Virus record (IMG/VR): IMGVR_UViG_3300034109_001012
Direction: 5' to 3' (one strand)
Length of the DNA stretch: 64,000 bases
From: a virus
The notes under the pieces are model-generated. The model was not told the origin of the DNA. It was given only the letters and a program-made list of their open reading frames with translations, and searched no databases. Every line of letters begins with the position of its first letter. Within the stretch, counting starts at the first letter, position 1. Both the position numbers and the translations under genes were made by a program. Below are positions 1 to 8,515 of the stretch, piece after piece.

Positions 1-142
1 CTATACCTTTTGTCCATTGTTTTTTTATGTCGTTTAGCATATAATCAGCATAACATTAACACAAATACTGAAAGGGGCTGACCGGATATCAGCCGATCAG
101 CCCCACCCCAACCCATTCTTTAACCCAGTTGAGGCTATTACA

Positions 143-340
143 ATGTTTGCACAAAAAGAACTATCTGTAGATGAATTTCGTTTACTTACCGGAAAATCCA
201 TCAACCAAATTTCATTGTTAACAGGAGCCGACCCTGACACGGTAAAAAATCACCGTCGCAAAGGCTACGACCCTAAACCCCAATACGTTCAATTTCGTCG
301 CCACTTAGGTTTGTTAGCACAATCAGAGGGAAAAATATAA
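143..340 (+). CDS. small HTH-like DNA-binding protein
   Basis: 65-aa ORF. The segment LLTGKSINQISLLTGADPDTVKNHRRKG looks like a helix-turn-helix. The stop overlaps the next ATG (TAATG). Confidence 0.45.
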   Translation: MFAQKELSVDEFRLLTGKSINQISLLTGADPDTVKNHRRKGYDPKPQYVQFRRHLGLLAQSEGKI

Positions 341-543
341 TGGACAATTATTCACACTCTCAAGAAGTCCATCACCTAAAAGGGGAAATAAAATTAGGGC
401 AAAACCTTAATGGTCAATACTGTATTGCAACGATTAATCAAGATAATACCTTTGTGGACTTATGGGTTGACCGAGATGTATTGAAACGATTTTGCAAACA
501 CACGCTTTATGTTATGGAATGGCAGGAAAAGAATAATCAGTAG
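340..543 (+). CDS. hypothetical protein
   Basis: 67-aa ORF translationally coupled to the previous gene. A CCCACC/GGTGGG hairpin lies downstream. Confidence 0.45.
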   Translation: MDNYSHSQEVHHLKGEIKLGQNLNGQYCIATINQDNTFVDLWVDRDVLKRFCKHTLYVMEWQEKNNQ

Positions 544-666
544 TGGCAAATTCCACCCCAGATGTATTTTCCCCTATGCCCACCCTTAGAGGTGGGTTTA
601 CTATTGGTACATCAGGTTAAATCAAGCCTGAGTAAACCCAGAACGGAGGACTATAGGAAGCCATGA

Positions 667-1137
667 ATGGGCGATTTTAGATCGAGGCAAGGGGGAATTA
701 GGAAAACAATAGATCTTAGAGACGAAAACGCTTTAGAACCATTTTCCTCAAAAGAGATTCAGTTGATTTTCAAGGTTTCCCACCAGACAATCGCAGACAG
801 AAAAGGGGTTTTGGGGATAACAAGAAAACCTGTTGATTGGGCGGAATTAAACATCTTGTACCTATTGCATATTTTTGTTAGTTCCAAATACCCACACCAT
901 ACCTACTATCAGTTCCAAAGCCTCTATCACCACTGTTTAAACAACGGTTTATCTATCGAGATAGAAGTTTTCCAGAAGATGTTAATGCTAAACACAACAC
1001 AACTATTTAAGGAGTTTAAAGTCGATGTCCTATCAAGAATCACAAGCTACCGACAACAACACTCAACCGGAACTTACCGAGTTGTATCAGAACTCACGGA
1101 AACCCCAAACCCAGGCGGAACAGCCGAAACAGCCTAA
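667..1137 (+). CDS. hypothetical protein, possible HTH
   Basis: 156-aa ORF. KEIQLIFKVSHQTIADRKGVLGI is HTH-like. The 3' end overlaps the next ORF by 113 nt, so the true end or frame is uncertain. Confidence 0.35.
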   Translation: MGDFRSRQGGIRKTIDLRDENALEPFSSKEIQLIFKVSHQTIADRKGVLGITRKPVDWAELNILYLLHIFVSSKYPHHTYYQFQSLYHHCLNNGLSIEIEVFQKMLMLNTTQLFKEFKVDVLSRITSYRQQHSTGTYRVVSELTETPNPGGTAETA

Positions 1138-1531
1138 ATCAGCTATCACCAAAGGGAGTACAACAGATCAACTCAATGATGCAGTTGTTAAGACCCAAAA
1201 GAAAGCTAAAGATAACGCGATCGTTAACACTAAAGCCGTTATTGTTGCGGGTCAAAACTCCGGGCGGGAAGATGCTAAACTATTTAAAAAAGCAAAACAA
1301 TTGGCTTTCTTAAATGAAATTGCAGACGATGAAATCGAGTCTGCTAAGGCTTTATTGGTTGGGATTCCTGAGTATAAGAATGCAATTGATCAAGCGTCCG
1401 GGTGTGAGTTGGAAAACCTCTTAGACTTTGATCAAGAAATCTCAATTGAGGCTTTAGAACAGCAACTTAACGAAGCGGTGGGAAAGTCAAAAAAATCCCA
1501 GTTAGCTGTGAGAAGTTTTTTCGGAGAATAG
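1025..1531 (+). CDS. hypothetical protein (acidic, helical)
   Basis: 168-aa ORF with an AAGGAG Shine-Dalgarno about 10 nt upstream of the ATG. It ends just after a T_TTT_TTC run (1516-1522). Confidence 0.5.
   Translation: MSYQESQATDNNTQPELTELYQNSRKPQTQAEQPKQPKSAITKGSTTDQLNDAVVKTQKKAKDNAIVNTKAVIVAGQNSGREDAKLFKKAKQLAFLNEIADDEIESAKALLVGIPEYKNAIDQASGCELENLLDFDQEISIEALEQQLNEAVGKSKKSQLAVRSFFGE
1516..1522 (+). promoter_or_regulatory. candidate -1 frameshift heptamer T_TTT_TTC
   Basis: In the zero frame the sequence reads agT TTT TTC. The -1 frame stays open for 37 more codons to the TGA at 1630-1632 (FFRRIEQLEARVERIEVILKIPQPKEISQQLELLMGGF). That frame has no usable start codon of its own: its only ATG/TTG lie 5-7 codons before the stop. 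Confidence 0.3.
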
Positions 1532-1632
1532 AACAATTAGAAGCGCGGGTTGAGAGAATAGAAGTTATCCTAAAAATCCCTCAACCCAAGGAAATCAGTC
1601 AACAATTAGAATTGTTAATGGGAGGATTTTGA

Positions 1633-1716
1633 ATGGGAATTATCATTGATTTAGTTAATATTTTCGGGGTCTACTGTTCCTATAATGTTATGCCGTTTTT
1701 AATGGGAGGTTTCTGA
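1633..1716 (+). CDS. 27-aa hydrophobic peptide (not in ORF track)
   Basis: MGIIIDLVNIFGVYCSYNVMPFLMGGF. It is preceded by a GGGAGG SD. The motif TTAATGGGAGGWTTYTGA recurs at its own 3' end and couples to the next ATG. Confidence 0.3.
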   Translation: MGIIIDLVNIFGVYCSYNVMPFLMGGF

Positions 1717-1841
1717 TGAATTTTATCTGTTACTTAATCGCTTTCTTTCTTGGTGTCGCAATCTTTAGCAATCAAATTGTCTACAGTAGAATCAGGGAAC
1801 AATCCCAAAATTATCGGCATGAAAATCTTAGAACCCGTTAA
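1716..1841 (+). CDS. 41-aa single-TM peptide (not in ORF track)
   Basis: MNFICYLIAFFLGVAIFSNQIVYSRIREQSQNYRHENLRTR. It has a TGATG overlap with the previous small ORF and a GGGAGG SD upstream. Confidence 0.3.
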   Translation: MNFICYLIAFFLGVAIFSNQIVYSRIREQSQNYRHENLRTR

Positions 1842-2244
1842 AGCGATCCTCTTAGGAACTATGATTGGTGGCGTTAGTTCAGTCCTTTTATCCCTAACAT
1901 TAGAACCCGAAATATCAGAACTTAGGATGGGGCAATACGGTCTGTTTATCGGATTAATAGCTAGTTCCACAGCTACCTCAATAATCACCGCTTCTAGCCC
2001 CAACAAAGACCAATCAAAACCAGATTACACACCCAACAAACCGGAGCTAAAACCAGACTTTAGCCTTGTATTGGGTGAACTAATCCAAAGGTCGGCAGAA
2101 AATCACCTTAATGCCTTGCTGCCTGGGACTCCTGAGTATTATACAGCCCTTGACCTGTACTGGAAGACGTTATCGGGCGAAAACGACACTTCAAACACCA
2201 ACACCCAAAAAACCAAAACCCTACACCGTAATGATGGAGCTTAA
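1819..2244 (+). CDS. membrane protein
   Basis: The track ORF 1750..2244 starts at TTG. The first ATG (MKILEPVKAILLGTMIGGVSSVLL...) is at 1819. There are two hydrophobic helices. Confidence 0.5.
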   Translation: MKILEPVKAILLGTMIGGVSSVLLSLTLEPEISELRMGQYGLFIGLIASSTATSIITASSPNKDQSKPDYTPNKPELKPDFSLVLGELIQRSAENHLNALLPGTPEYYTALDLYWKTLSGENDTSNTNTQKTKTLHRNDGA

Positions 2245-2249
2245 TACAG

Positions 2250-3059
2250 ATGATGGATGGATTACCACTTAGTGATGATTACACCCCCGTTGGTGTGGAA
2301 TCAGAACCCCCTCAGAGGGAACCCAGAAAGCCTAATAAAACACAGAAACGGGTTGTAATTTTTTTAATAGTAATTGCCGTCTGTGGGGCTATTAGTTTAA
2401 TCGGAAACAAAACAGGCATAACTAAGAAATTTGCTCCTAACGTCCCTGTTGCTGAAAACGTTGATATTTCAGCCATGACAGCAGCCGAACCAACGGGAGA
2501 GTCTTCAACAGAATCAGATAGTAACTCTGAAGATTTTCAGCCATCTCCTGACCTGGAAATGCTCAGAAATGACTTGCTTGATAAGTCATTAAACGAAGTC
2601 GGGTTTCAGATTAATAATTTGAGTGAGTCGGTAGCGGAAACTTTCCTGTTACAAGCCAGAAGTGCAATCGAAAAACAACCAATTTCGATTGAGTTATTTC
2701 TGATTAAGAAAATTAACTTCTTAGCCAACAAACTTGATAAAGCAACCCTAGCGGGCGAGTTTAACGGTAGCCCCAAAGAACGTAAAGCAGCCGCCGATCT
2801 GTTATTCGAGGTTTGGGGTAATTTGTTGGCATTAAAACGCCACTGGGAAACCACAGCCGCCGATCAAGTTCAGATTAAATTTACATCTGTTAATGTTGCG
2901 GTTTTAGCTTCTGATGTACGCCGATTTGCCGAGGTTTCAATGCAGTTAAGAATGCTCACTTACGAACAACAGAAAAGGACAGAAGCACTCCAAAAACAAC
3001 TTGAGTTAGAGGCTCAAAAATTGGCTGAAAAGGAGGCTAAAGATGCCAAAACCAAATAG
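2250..3059 (+). CDS. membrane-anchored coiled-coil protein
   Basis: 269 aa. One TM helix (VVIFLIVIAVCGAISLIG) and a C-terminal heptad-rich, Lys/Glu-rich tail. Confidence 0.55.
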   Translation: MMDGLPLSDDYTPVGVESEPPQREPRKPNKTQKRVVIFLIVIAVCGAISLIGNKTGITKKFAPNVPVAENVDISAMTAAEPTGESSTESDSNSEDFQPSPDLEMLRNDLLDKSLNEVGFQINNLSESVAETFLLQARSAIEKQPISIELFLIKKINFLANKLDKATLAGEFNGSPKERKAAADLLFEVWGNLLALKRHWETTAADQVQIKFTSVNVAVLASDVRRFAEVSMQLRMLTYEQQKRTEALQKQLELEAQKLAEKEAKDAKTK

Positions 3060-4470
3060 TTTTACTAAAGATAATTGGGGGGTTGCCATTGCTGCAACGT
3101 TGGGATTATCAGCAATTGGTTTATTTAGTGCCGCGTCAACTCAAATAGAAGATTTGAAAGGAATATCCCCATTTCAAAATAAAAGCGGTGAGTGGGGTCA
3201 CACCCTCGTTATCGAACAAAAACCCCTCAGCAATTCCGGTCTATTATTCCTGGTCGGTCTAGGTTGTCTCGGTGGTGTTGCTGGTTTGGTGTTAGGGGAT
3301 GAACCTTTATTAAGAATTGAAGACTTACCTCGGACAATCCCAGATACCCTATCCAAAACAATCGCCTGGACAGTTTTTGGGATTGGTCAAAGTTTGGACA
3401 CTCTAGGGGACTATGGCGAGAAAGGATACGCAAAATCAAGTCAGCTAATAATCCGAGCTATACCACCGGAAATCAAGTCGAAGTTTCAATCAATTAAGAA
3501 TGATTCCGGTTGGGTGTCAGAGTTTCTATCGTTGCCACACCAAAGACTCACCGGCGGGACGGGTTCGGGTAAGTCTAAGTTACTGGGATTGATTATTAGT
3601 CAATGGCTAGAAAACAATCCAGACGGTCAACTTTTTATAGCTGACCCGAACTACGGGAAACCCGATAATGACGGCTACCTTAATAATTGGTTCGGATTAG
3701 ATAACCAATGGATAAAACAACCCGACGATGAAATCGACGCATTGATTGATTACGTTCATAGCCAATTAGATGAACGGATTAAATGTTGCGTAGAGGGGGC
3801 TAAGAATGGGGCTACAAAGCTCTCTGACCTTCAAATTGACCTAACACCTATTTGTCTAATTTGTGAGGAGTTCGACAGCATAATCGAACGTTACAAAAAG
3901 GATAAAAATGATTCTCGATTAGATAAATTAATCGAGATTATTAAACAAGGGAGAGGCTACAAAATTAAGTTAATTCCCGTCGGTCAAAGCGCATCGGTAG
4001 GGGAGGGCGGTTTTACTTTGGCTACCCTTGAGAATATCGCCCAATTAATTATCTGTTATCCCGCAATTCCAGAAACCCAGTTGAGATATTTGGGCGGTGC
4101 TAAAGATGAATTAATCTTGATAGCTGAAAGGTTATTAAAAGATGGGAAACGTCCTGCTATTTGCACCATAAAAGGGCAGTCAAGAGTTGTCACCATTCCC
4201 GACCTATCTGGGTTTAACGTTAGTTTTGCTAACACTAATTCAACAAATCCCGACGATGATTGGTGGCAACAAATTAACACAGAATCCTTTAAATTAGCTT
4301 TGGAAGTAAGAGCATTAAAGTATTCTCAAAGCTTAATTCCATCACCGCTAAAACAGATTTGTTCTGAGTTGGGAATAGAGCCACGTTCAACAAATAAACG
4401 ATATACCCAATACCTAAAACCCGCTTGGGAAAATCAGTTAGCTCAAGCCAAAACCCCTGTGAATAAATAG
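3043..4470 (+). CDS. membrane-anchored FtsK/SpoIIIE/TraB-like DNA translocase ATPase
   Basis: 475 aa with N-terminal hydrophobic helices. Walker A is LTGGTGSGKSKLLG and the Walker B-like motif is ICLICEEFDS. GRGYKIKLIPVGQSAS resembles the FtsK motor motif. The C-terminal PLKQICSELGIEPRSTNKRY is HTH-like. Confidence 0.7.
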   Translation: MPKPNSFTKDNWGVAIAATLGLSAIGLFSAASTQIEDLKGISPFQNKSGEWGHTLVIEQKPLSNSGLLFLVGLGCLGGVAGLVLGDEPLLRIEDLPRTIPDTLSKTIAWTVFGIGQSLDTLGDYGEKGYAKSSQLIIRAIPPEIKSKFQSIKNDSGWVSEFLSLPHQRLTGGTGSGKSKLLGLIISQWLENNPDGQLFIADPNYGKPDNDGYLNNWFGLDNQWIKQPDDEIDALIDYVHSQLDERIKCCVEGAKNGATKLSDLQIDLTPICLICEEFDSIIERYKKDKNDSRLDKLIEIIKQGRGYKIKLIPVGQSASVGEGGFTLATLENIAQLIICYPAIPETQLRYLGGAKDELILIAERLLKDGKRPAICTIKGQSRVVTIPDLSGFNVSFANTNSTNPDDDWWQQINTESFKLALEVRALKYSQSLIPSPLKQICSELGIEPRSTNKRYTQYLKPAWENQLAQAKTPVNK

Positions 4471-4481
4471 GAGTATCTGTT

Positions 4482-4865
4482 GTGAATAAAAGGTTGAAAC
4501 TATTGACTATTGGATTGATTACCGCGACTTCGTTACTGTCTATTCCGATATTTTCCGTGGCAGAATCAGCCTTTGAAGGTTCAGGAAATTATCTAGTATC
4601 AGTTGGCAACACACCCAAAAGACAGTTAATTATCAATCCCTTTGATTCAAGACAATTAGTTACCATTTCTTCGGATATCAAGTTTTCTTTACTTCGCATA
4701 AATCGTAATGCAATGGCAAGTAATTCCCCTTCTTCTACAAGAAAATTCGTTTTTCTTGACAGAAAAGAGTCATTAATCATAGTATTCGAGCCGTCTAAAG
4801 TCAACAAAAAAACCAGGGTAACGGTTCGTTTTGAACAAGCTGACATCACCCAAATTAACAAATAG
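4482..4865 (+). CDS. secreted protein (signal peptide)
   Basis: 127 aa with a GTG start. N-terminal KRLKLLTIGLITATSLLSIPIFSVAES looks like a signal peptide. Confidence 0.5.
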   Translation: MNKRLKLLTIGLITATSLLSIPIFSVAESAFEGSGNYLVSVGNTPKRQLIINPFDSRQLVTISSDIKFSLLRINRNAMASNSPSSTRKFVFLDRKESLIIVFEPSKVNKKTRVTVRFEQADITQINK

Positions 4866-4872
4866 GACAACC

Positions 4873-5112
4873 ATGAAACCATCAAGAATTGCTTTGATCT
4901 CTGCCCTAACACTACTTATCTTTTTTGGAATCCGAGGAATGACGGTAGAAACCGCTATCAAGACGGGATTTGAAAAAACTATAGGAACTTTATCCTATTG
5001 GTTTGGTGGCAGCATTAACGCCGACAGCAATCAAAGATCCTTGCCTAAAAACCAGGGTGATGATTCTGAGACAATTACCCCAATTGAATCCTTGGAGGAC
5101 GTTAGAGAATGA
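4873..5112 (+). CDS. small membrane/secreted protein
   Basis: The first ATG after the upstream stop gives MKPSRIALISALTLLIFFGIRG... The track ORF began at 4831 inside the previous gene. Confidence 0.45.
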   Translation: MKPSRIALISALTLLIFFGIRGMTVETAIKTGFEKTIGTLSYWFGGSINADSNQRSLPKNQGDDSETITPIESLEDVRE

Positions 5113-5471
5113 GAGTTATTTTTAATGCTGGAGGATTGTTGGGATGGGTTTTTCTGATTTATTTCATATGGAATCAGGCTATCCCTTGGTGGTTCAAGAA
5201 AGGGTTTGCTGAAATCGTTAAGGTTGTTCCCGATATAGTTAAAACTATTCCGACTGAAGATTGGGCTAAACCCAAAGAAGAACCTAAACCAGAAGACAAA
5301 AAGCCCGGTGAAAGTAAAGAGAATAAACCAGGGGAGTCTAAGGAAGAAACCTCTAAAAAACTATTCTCAGGCGAATTTAAACTGGGTGGCTTGCGGTCAA
5401 AATATAACCTTGACATCCCACAAAATAAAGAGTCAGAAGCAGCGGGGAAACAGGACATGGGAGTCAAGTAG
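5109..5471 (+). CDS. membrane protein with Lys/Glu/Pro-rich tail
   Basis: 120 aa. TM helix LLGWVFLIYFIW, then a KPEDKKPGESKENKPGESKEE repeat. ATGA overlap with the previous gene. Confidence 0.5.
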   Translation: MRVIFNAGGLLGWVFLIYFIWNQAIPWWFKKGFAEIVKVVPDIVKTIPTEDWAKPKEEPKPEDKKPGESKENKPGESKEETSKKLFSGEFKLGGLRSKYNLDIPQNKESEAAGKQDMGVK

Positions 5472-5473
5472 CA

Positions 5474-6070
5474 ATGTTTAATCAGAAACTGGAGGAGAGG
5501 ATAAAGGATTTTGAGGAACAGTTGGATGACGCTTCTTTCTGGCTTTTCGTTGTTGCTTTGCTCTTGGGCTTTACAGTTTTTAAATTCGGAATACCCTCTC
5601 CCCAGGTTCCTCAATCCTCAACAGCAACATCATCAGAAACAGTCACGCTAGGAAAGGACGCGCCCAAATTTATCTATCCCCACTCAACCCCATACCTAAT
5701 ATCTTCTGGGTTTGGCATGAGAGAACATCCTGTAACGGGAGGACAAAAAATGCACAACGGGATTGATTTTTCAGCGCCAGGGGGTGCAAATATTCTGGCT
5801 GTTGCCGATGGACAAGTCTCGTTTGCGGGGGATATGGGGGGATGCGGTAACGCGGTTGAACTTAATCATTCCGGGGGCTACCTGTCCAAATATTGCCACG
5901 CCTCAAAAGTTTTAGTTCAGAAGGGTCAATCAGTCAAAGCGGGCACTCCTATTGCACTGGTTGGTACAACGGGAACATCGACCGGAAATCACCTGCACTT
6001 GGGCATAAAACTCAACGGAAAATACATCGACCCTAAAAAAGTTATCCCTATAATGGAGCCAAAAAAATGA
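5474..6070 (+). CDS. M23/LytM family peptidoglycan endopeptidase, TM-anchored
   Basis: HNGIDF (HxxxD) and GNHLHLG (HxH) are M23 zinc-ligand signatures. There is an N-terminal TM helix. Confidence 0.8.
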   Translation: MFNQKLEERIKDFEEQLDDASFWLFVVALLLGFTVFKFGIPSPQVPQSSTATSSETVTLGKDAPKFIYPHSTPYLISSGFGMREHPVTGGQKMHNGIDFSAPGGANILAVADGQVSFAGDMGGCGNAVELNHSGGYLSKYCHASKVLVQKGQSVKAGTPIALVGTTGTSTGNHLHLGIKLNGKYIDPKKVIPIMEPKK

Positions 6071-6678
6071 TTTTCAATAATTTGATGATGTCAGCAGTAA
6101 CCGGATTTGCCTTGATCGGATTATTGCAATCACCCGCTATTCAATCGGTAGCTGGTACAACTCAAGTATCAGGTGATATCTCCAAAGCAGAAGCCCCAGA
6201 AGATATCAAGAAAGCAGTTAGTGAAGCAGGGATAAGTGATCCTAGTTTTGCTTGGGCGATAAGTCACATTTTGAAGGTAGAAGGAGGTTGGTCAAATCAC
6301 CCTGCCGATGGTGGAGGAAAAACAAAATTCGGCATTATTGAAAGTGTAGCTAAACGCCACGGGATAAACGTTTCGACCATCACACTACCCCAAGCAATCA
6401 AAATATATTATCAAGATTATTGGTTGCAGTCGGGCGCAGATAAAGCGCAGAAACCGTTAAATTTAGCCATTATGAACTCCTATGTTAATTCTGGCAAAAA
6501 GTGGGGAATCTCAGGGGCTACACCATTAGAACAAGCTAAAAATTACATCCAGAAACAGGATGATTACTACACTTCGATTTACACCTCCCGACCTTCTCAG
6601 ACTGTATTCAAAACTGGGTGGCATCGCAGGACTAAATACATGATGGATGCTGTTAATGGTGGTAATCCTAGTTGGTAA
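6067..6678 (+). CDS. GH108-type lysozyme-like peptidoglycan hydrolase
   Basis: Signal-like N-terminus. VEGGWSNHPADGGGKTKFGI matches the GH108 N-terminal motif (EGGxxxxxxDxGGxTxxGI). ATGA overlap with the M23 gene. Confidence 0.7.
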   Translation: MIFNNLMMSAVTGFALIGLLQSPAIQSVAGTTQVSGDISKAEAPEDIKKAVSEAGISDPSFAWAISHILKVEGGWSNHPADGGGKTKFGIIESVAKRHGINVSTITLPQAIKIYYQDYWLQSGADKAQKPLNLAIMNSYVNSGKKWGISGATPLEQAKNYIQKQDDYYTSIYTSRPSQTVFKTGWHRRTKYMMDAVNGGNPSW

Positions 6679-6694
6679 GTGTTGGACAGTTAAC

Positions 6695-6731
6695 ATTCCT
6701 GAGAAAGTTTAACCCCTATTATCTCAGGAAT
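6695..6731 (+). terminator. 10-bp hairpin after the envelope operon
   Basis: ATTCCTGAGA...TCTCAGGAAT with a 17-nt loop. No clear U-tract follows. Confidence 0.4.
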
Positions 6732-6764
6732 GAAGAAAACCATAGATAATGAACAGGAATCTTA

Positions 6765-7040
6765 ATGGCAAAAGCAAAATTAAAATCAGAATATCCAGAG
6801 ATCGCGGAATTAGTTGTTGAGACAGCAAAAAAGCGCGGGGGAAATCAACAACTAACTGATATTAACTGGGTAACAAAAACCCTGTTTAAATATCAGAACG
6901 GCGCGATTCCTTTGACTGATACAGACTCGGATTGTGTTAGGATTGGAGAGGGACTAAGACCTCGTTACGAGTGGCAAATAACGCGAGATCATATAGCTTT
7001 TGCGGATGCCAACAGTGCTAAGAAAGGATGGAAAACTTAG
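6765..7040 (+). CDS. hypothetical protein
   Basis: 91-aa ORF. The stop lies inside a 14-bp tandem duplication. Confidence 0.5.
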   Translation: MAKAKLKSEYPEIAELVVETAKKRGGNQQLTDINWVTKTLFKYQNGAIPLTDTDSDCVRIGEGLRPRYEWQITRDHIAFADANSAKKGWKT

Positions 7041-7058
7041 GATGGAAAACTTAGGATG
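7027..7058 (+). repeat. 14-bp tandem duplication GATGGAAAACTTAG x2.3
   Basis: Copies lie at 7027-7040 and 7041-7054, with a partial copy at 7055-7058. The repeat duplicates the stop/start junction of two genes. Confidence 0.85.
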
Positions 7059-7332
7059 CCTACTCGATGAAGTGGAAAAAATATCAAGAGGGGTAAGCGA
7101 TCGCCATTATTCTATCTTTAAATTCAGCACTCACTTTAAAGGTGCTTTTGGAACACCCGATAGATTAAGGCTTGAACTGCCACACCTTCCAGCTTTTGAC
7201 ACTTTAGAAAAATTACTAATCTGGATGGTTAGTGAACGGGTAAGTTTTTCGGATATTGAAACCGAGAATATTGAAGGTTTTAAAATTCATAATGGGATCT
7301 ACCATGCGGAGGGAGATTTTATAGGTGACTAG
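7042..7332 (+). CDS. hypothetical protein
   Basis: The ATG in the second repeat copy gives MENLGCLLDEVEKI... The track ORF started at 7000 inside the previous gene. Confidence 0.5.
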   Translation: MENLGCLLDEVEKISRGVSDRHYSIFKFSTHFKGAFGTPDRLRLELPHLPAFDTLEKLLIWMVSERVSFSDIETENIEGFKIHNGIYHAEGDFIGD

Positions 7333-7657
7333 GGAACAGTTAGAATATATCTGGTTAGTTGATAGTTTGGTATTTTCCGAGACCGGAAAACATCTTGATA
7401 GCTTGACTAGAAAGATTATCGAGGGAATATTAAACGATAATACTTATCCTGAGATTGCCAAAAATCTAAATTATGGGTCTGCTTATATTGGCGATAAAAT
7501 GAGAATAATATTTAAAATTCTAAGCAGAAGACTTGGTGAAAAAATTGATAAGTACAACTTCTGTTGGGCAATTGAAAGAATTTTAATATTTGACTATAGC
7601 CCATCTGTTATCAACTATTTACAACAACAACGGATAAATGATCAACGTTTATCGTAA
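7325..7657 (+). CDS. LuxR/sigma70-region-4-like HTH protein
   Basis: TYPEIAKNLNYGSAYIGDKMRIIFKILSRRLGEKIDKYNFCWAIERI. By my recollection this matches the HTH module found at N-termini of many cyanobacterial STAND/WD40 proteins. GTG start. Confidence 0.5.
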   Translation: MTREQLEYIWLVDSLVFSETGKHLDSLTRKIIEGILNDNTYPEIAKNLNYGSAYIGDKMRIIFKILSRRLGEKIDKYNFCWAIERILIFDYSPSVINYLQQQRINDQRLS

Positions 7658-7931
7658 TACATCATCTTTTTGGGCTACATTTGCCTATTCATCGGGTGAG
7701 TTTAACGCCTTCTACCTCACAGCATCCGAAGCTATTGAACATTGCAACAACCCCGATAATAGATCGGAATTTGATGGTGAGTGGTTTCAAGATCGGATAA
7801 TGAAATTCATACCCCGAAGTTGTGTTCGAGTTGGGGATATGGTTTATTCGTCGGGAGCAAGCGACAAAATGTGTGATTTTGCAAACATCCCTTGCGGATG
7901 GGAATTAATACAATCTCAGAATATTTCTTAA
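7638..7931 (+). CDS. hypothetical protein
   Basis: 97-aa ORF, tightly packed in the operon. Confidence 0.45.
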   Translation: MINVYRNTSSFWATFAYSSGEFNAFYLTASEAIEHCNNPDNRSEFDGEWFQDRIMKFIPRSCVRVGDMVYSSGASDKMCDFANIPCGWELIQSQNIS

Positions 7932-8426
7932 ATGACCAACACTTTTATCGGAATTGATCCAGGGATAACCGGAGCGATCGCATCCATCTCTTTAGACGGC
8001 ACGATTAAGTTTATTGATTGCCCAACGACTACAACAACCTCCAAAGCAGCAGGAAAATCCAAGTCTAAAACCAAGCTAAACCCTACATTAATGGCGACTG
8101 AGTTGAGTCAACTGGTTAACCCTAACTCAATAATCATTATCGAAAATATACACGCCATGCCGGGTCAAGGGGTAACATCGATGTTTAACTTTGGAATGGG
8201 TTACGGCATCTGGCTAGGAATCATTGCCGCGTTAAATATTCCAGTAGAACTTGTCACACCGCAAGCGTGGAAAAAATACTTCGGATTGATTGGCACAAAT
8301 AAGGACGCATCCAGAGAGAAGGCTCTCCAATTGTTCCCTAGTCAGTCTCAAGAACTGAAGCTAAAGAAGCATCACGGGCGGGCGGATGCTTTGTTATTAG
8401 CTGAATACTTGAGACGTAGGTTATAG
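7932..8426 (+). CDS. RuvC-like Holliday junction resolvase
   Basis: N-terminal IGIDPGITGAIA, internal IIIENIHAMPGQG, and C-terminal HHGRADALLLAEY fit the RuvC-fold phage resolvase pattern. Confidence 0.65.
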   Translation: MTNTFIGIDPGITGAIASISLDGTIKFIDCPTTTTTSKAAGKSKSKTKLNPTLMATELSQLVNPNSIIIIENIHAMPGQGVTSMFNFGMGYGIWLGIIAALNIPVELVTPQAWKKYFGLIGTNKDASREKALQLFPSQSQELKLKKHHGRADALLLAEYLRRRL

Positions 8427-8447
8427 GGTTTCTAATCTTTAACCAAT

Positions 8448-8481
8448 AAAAAGCACCGCTATTAATTTAGAGGTGCTTTTT
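8448..8481. terminator. bidirectional intrinsic terminator
   Basis: AAAAAGCACC-14 nt-GGTGCTTTTT lies between convergent genes. Confidence 0.7.
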
Positions 8482-8515
8482 AGAGCGTCAATCCATGTTT
8501 ACCATTTAATTGTAA

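Noticed and set aside
74-104. Possible attenuator or riboswitch from alternative hairpins (GGGGCTGA with either of two TCAGCC repeats) in the leader of the first gene
   Set aside because: No U-tract, no conserved riboswitch core, and only a single copy at the window edge. The evidence is not enough to call.
1750-6678. Complete type IV secretion/conjugation system
   Set aside because: Only an FtsK-like ATPase, small TM proteins and hydrolases are present. No VirB4-size ATPase, relaxase, pilin or oriT-like nick site was recognised.
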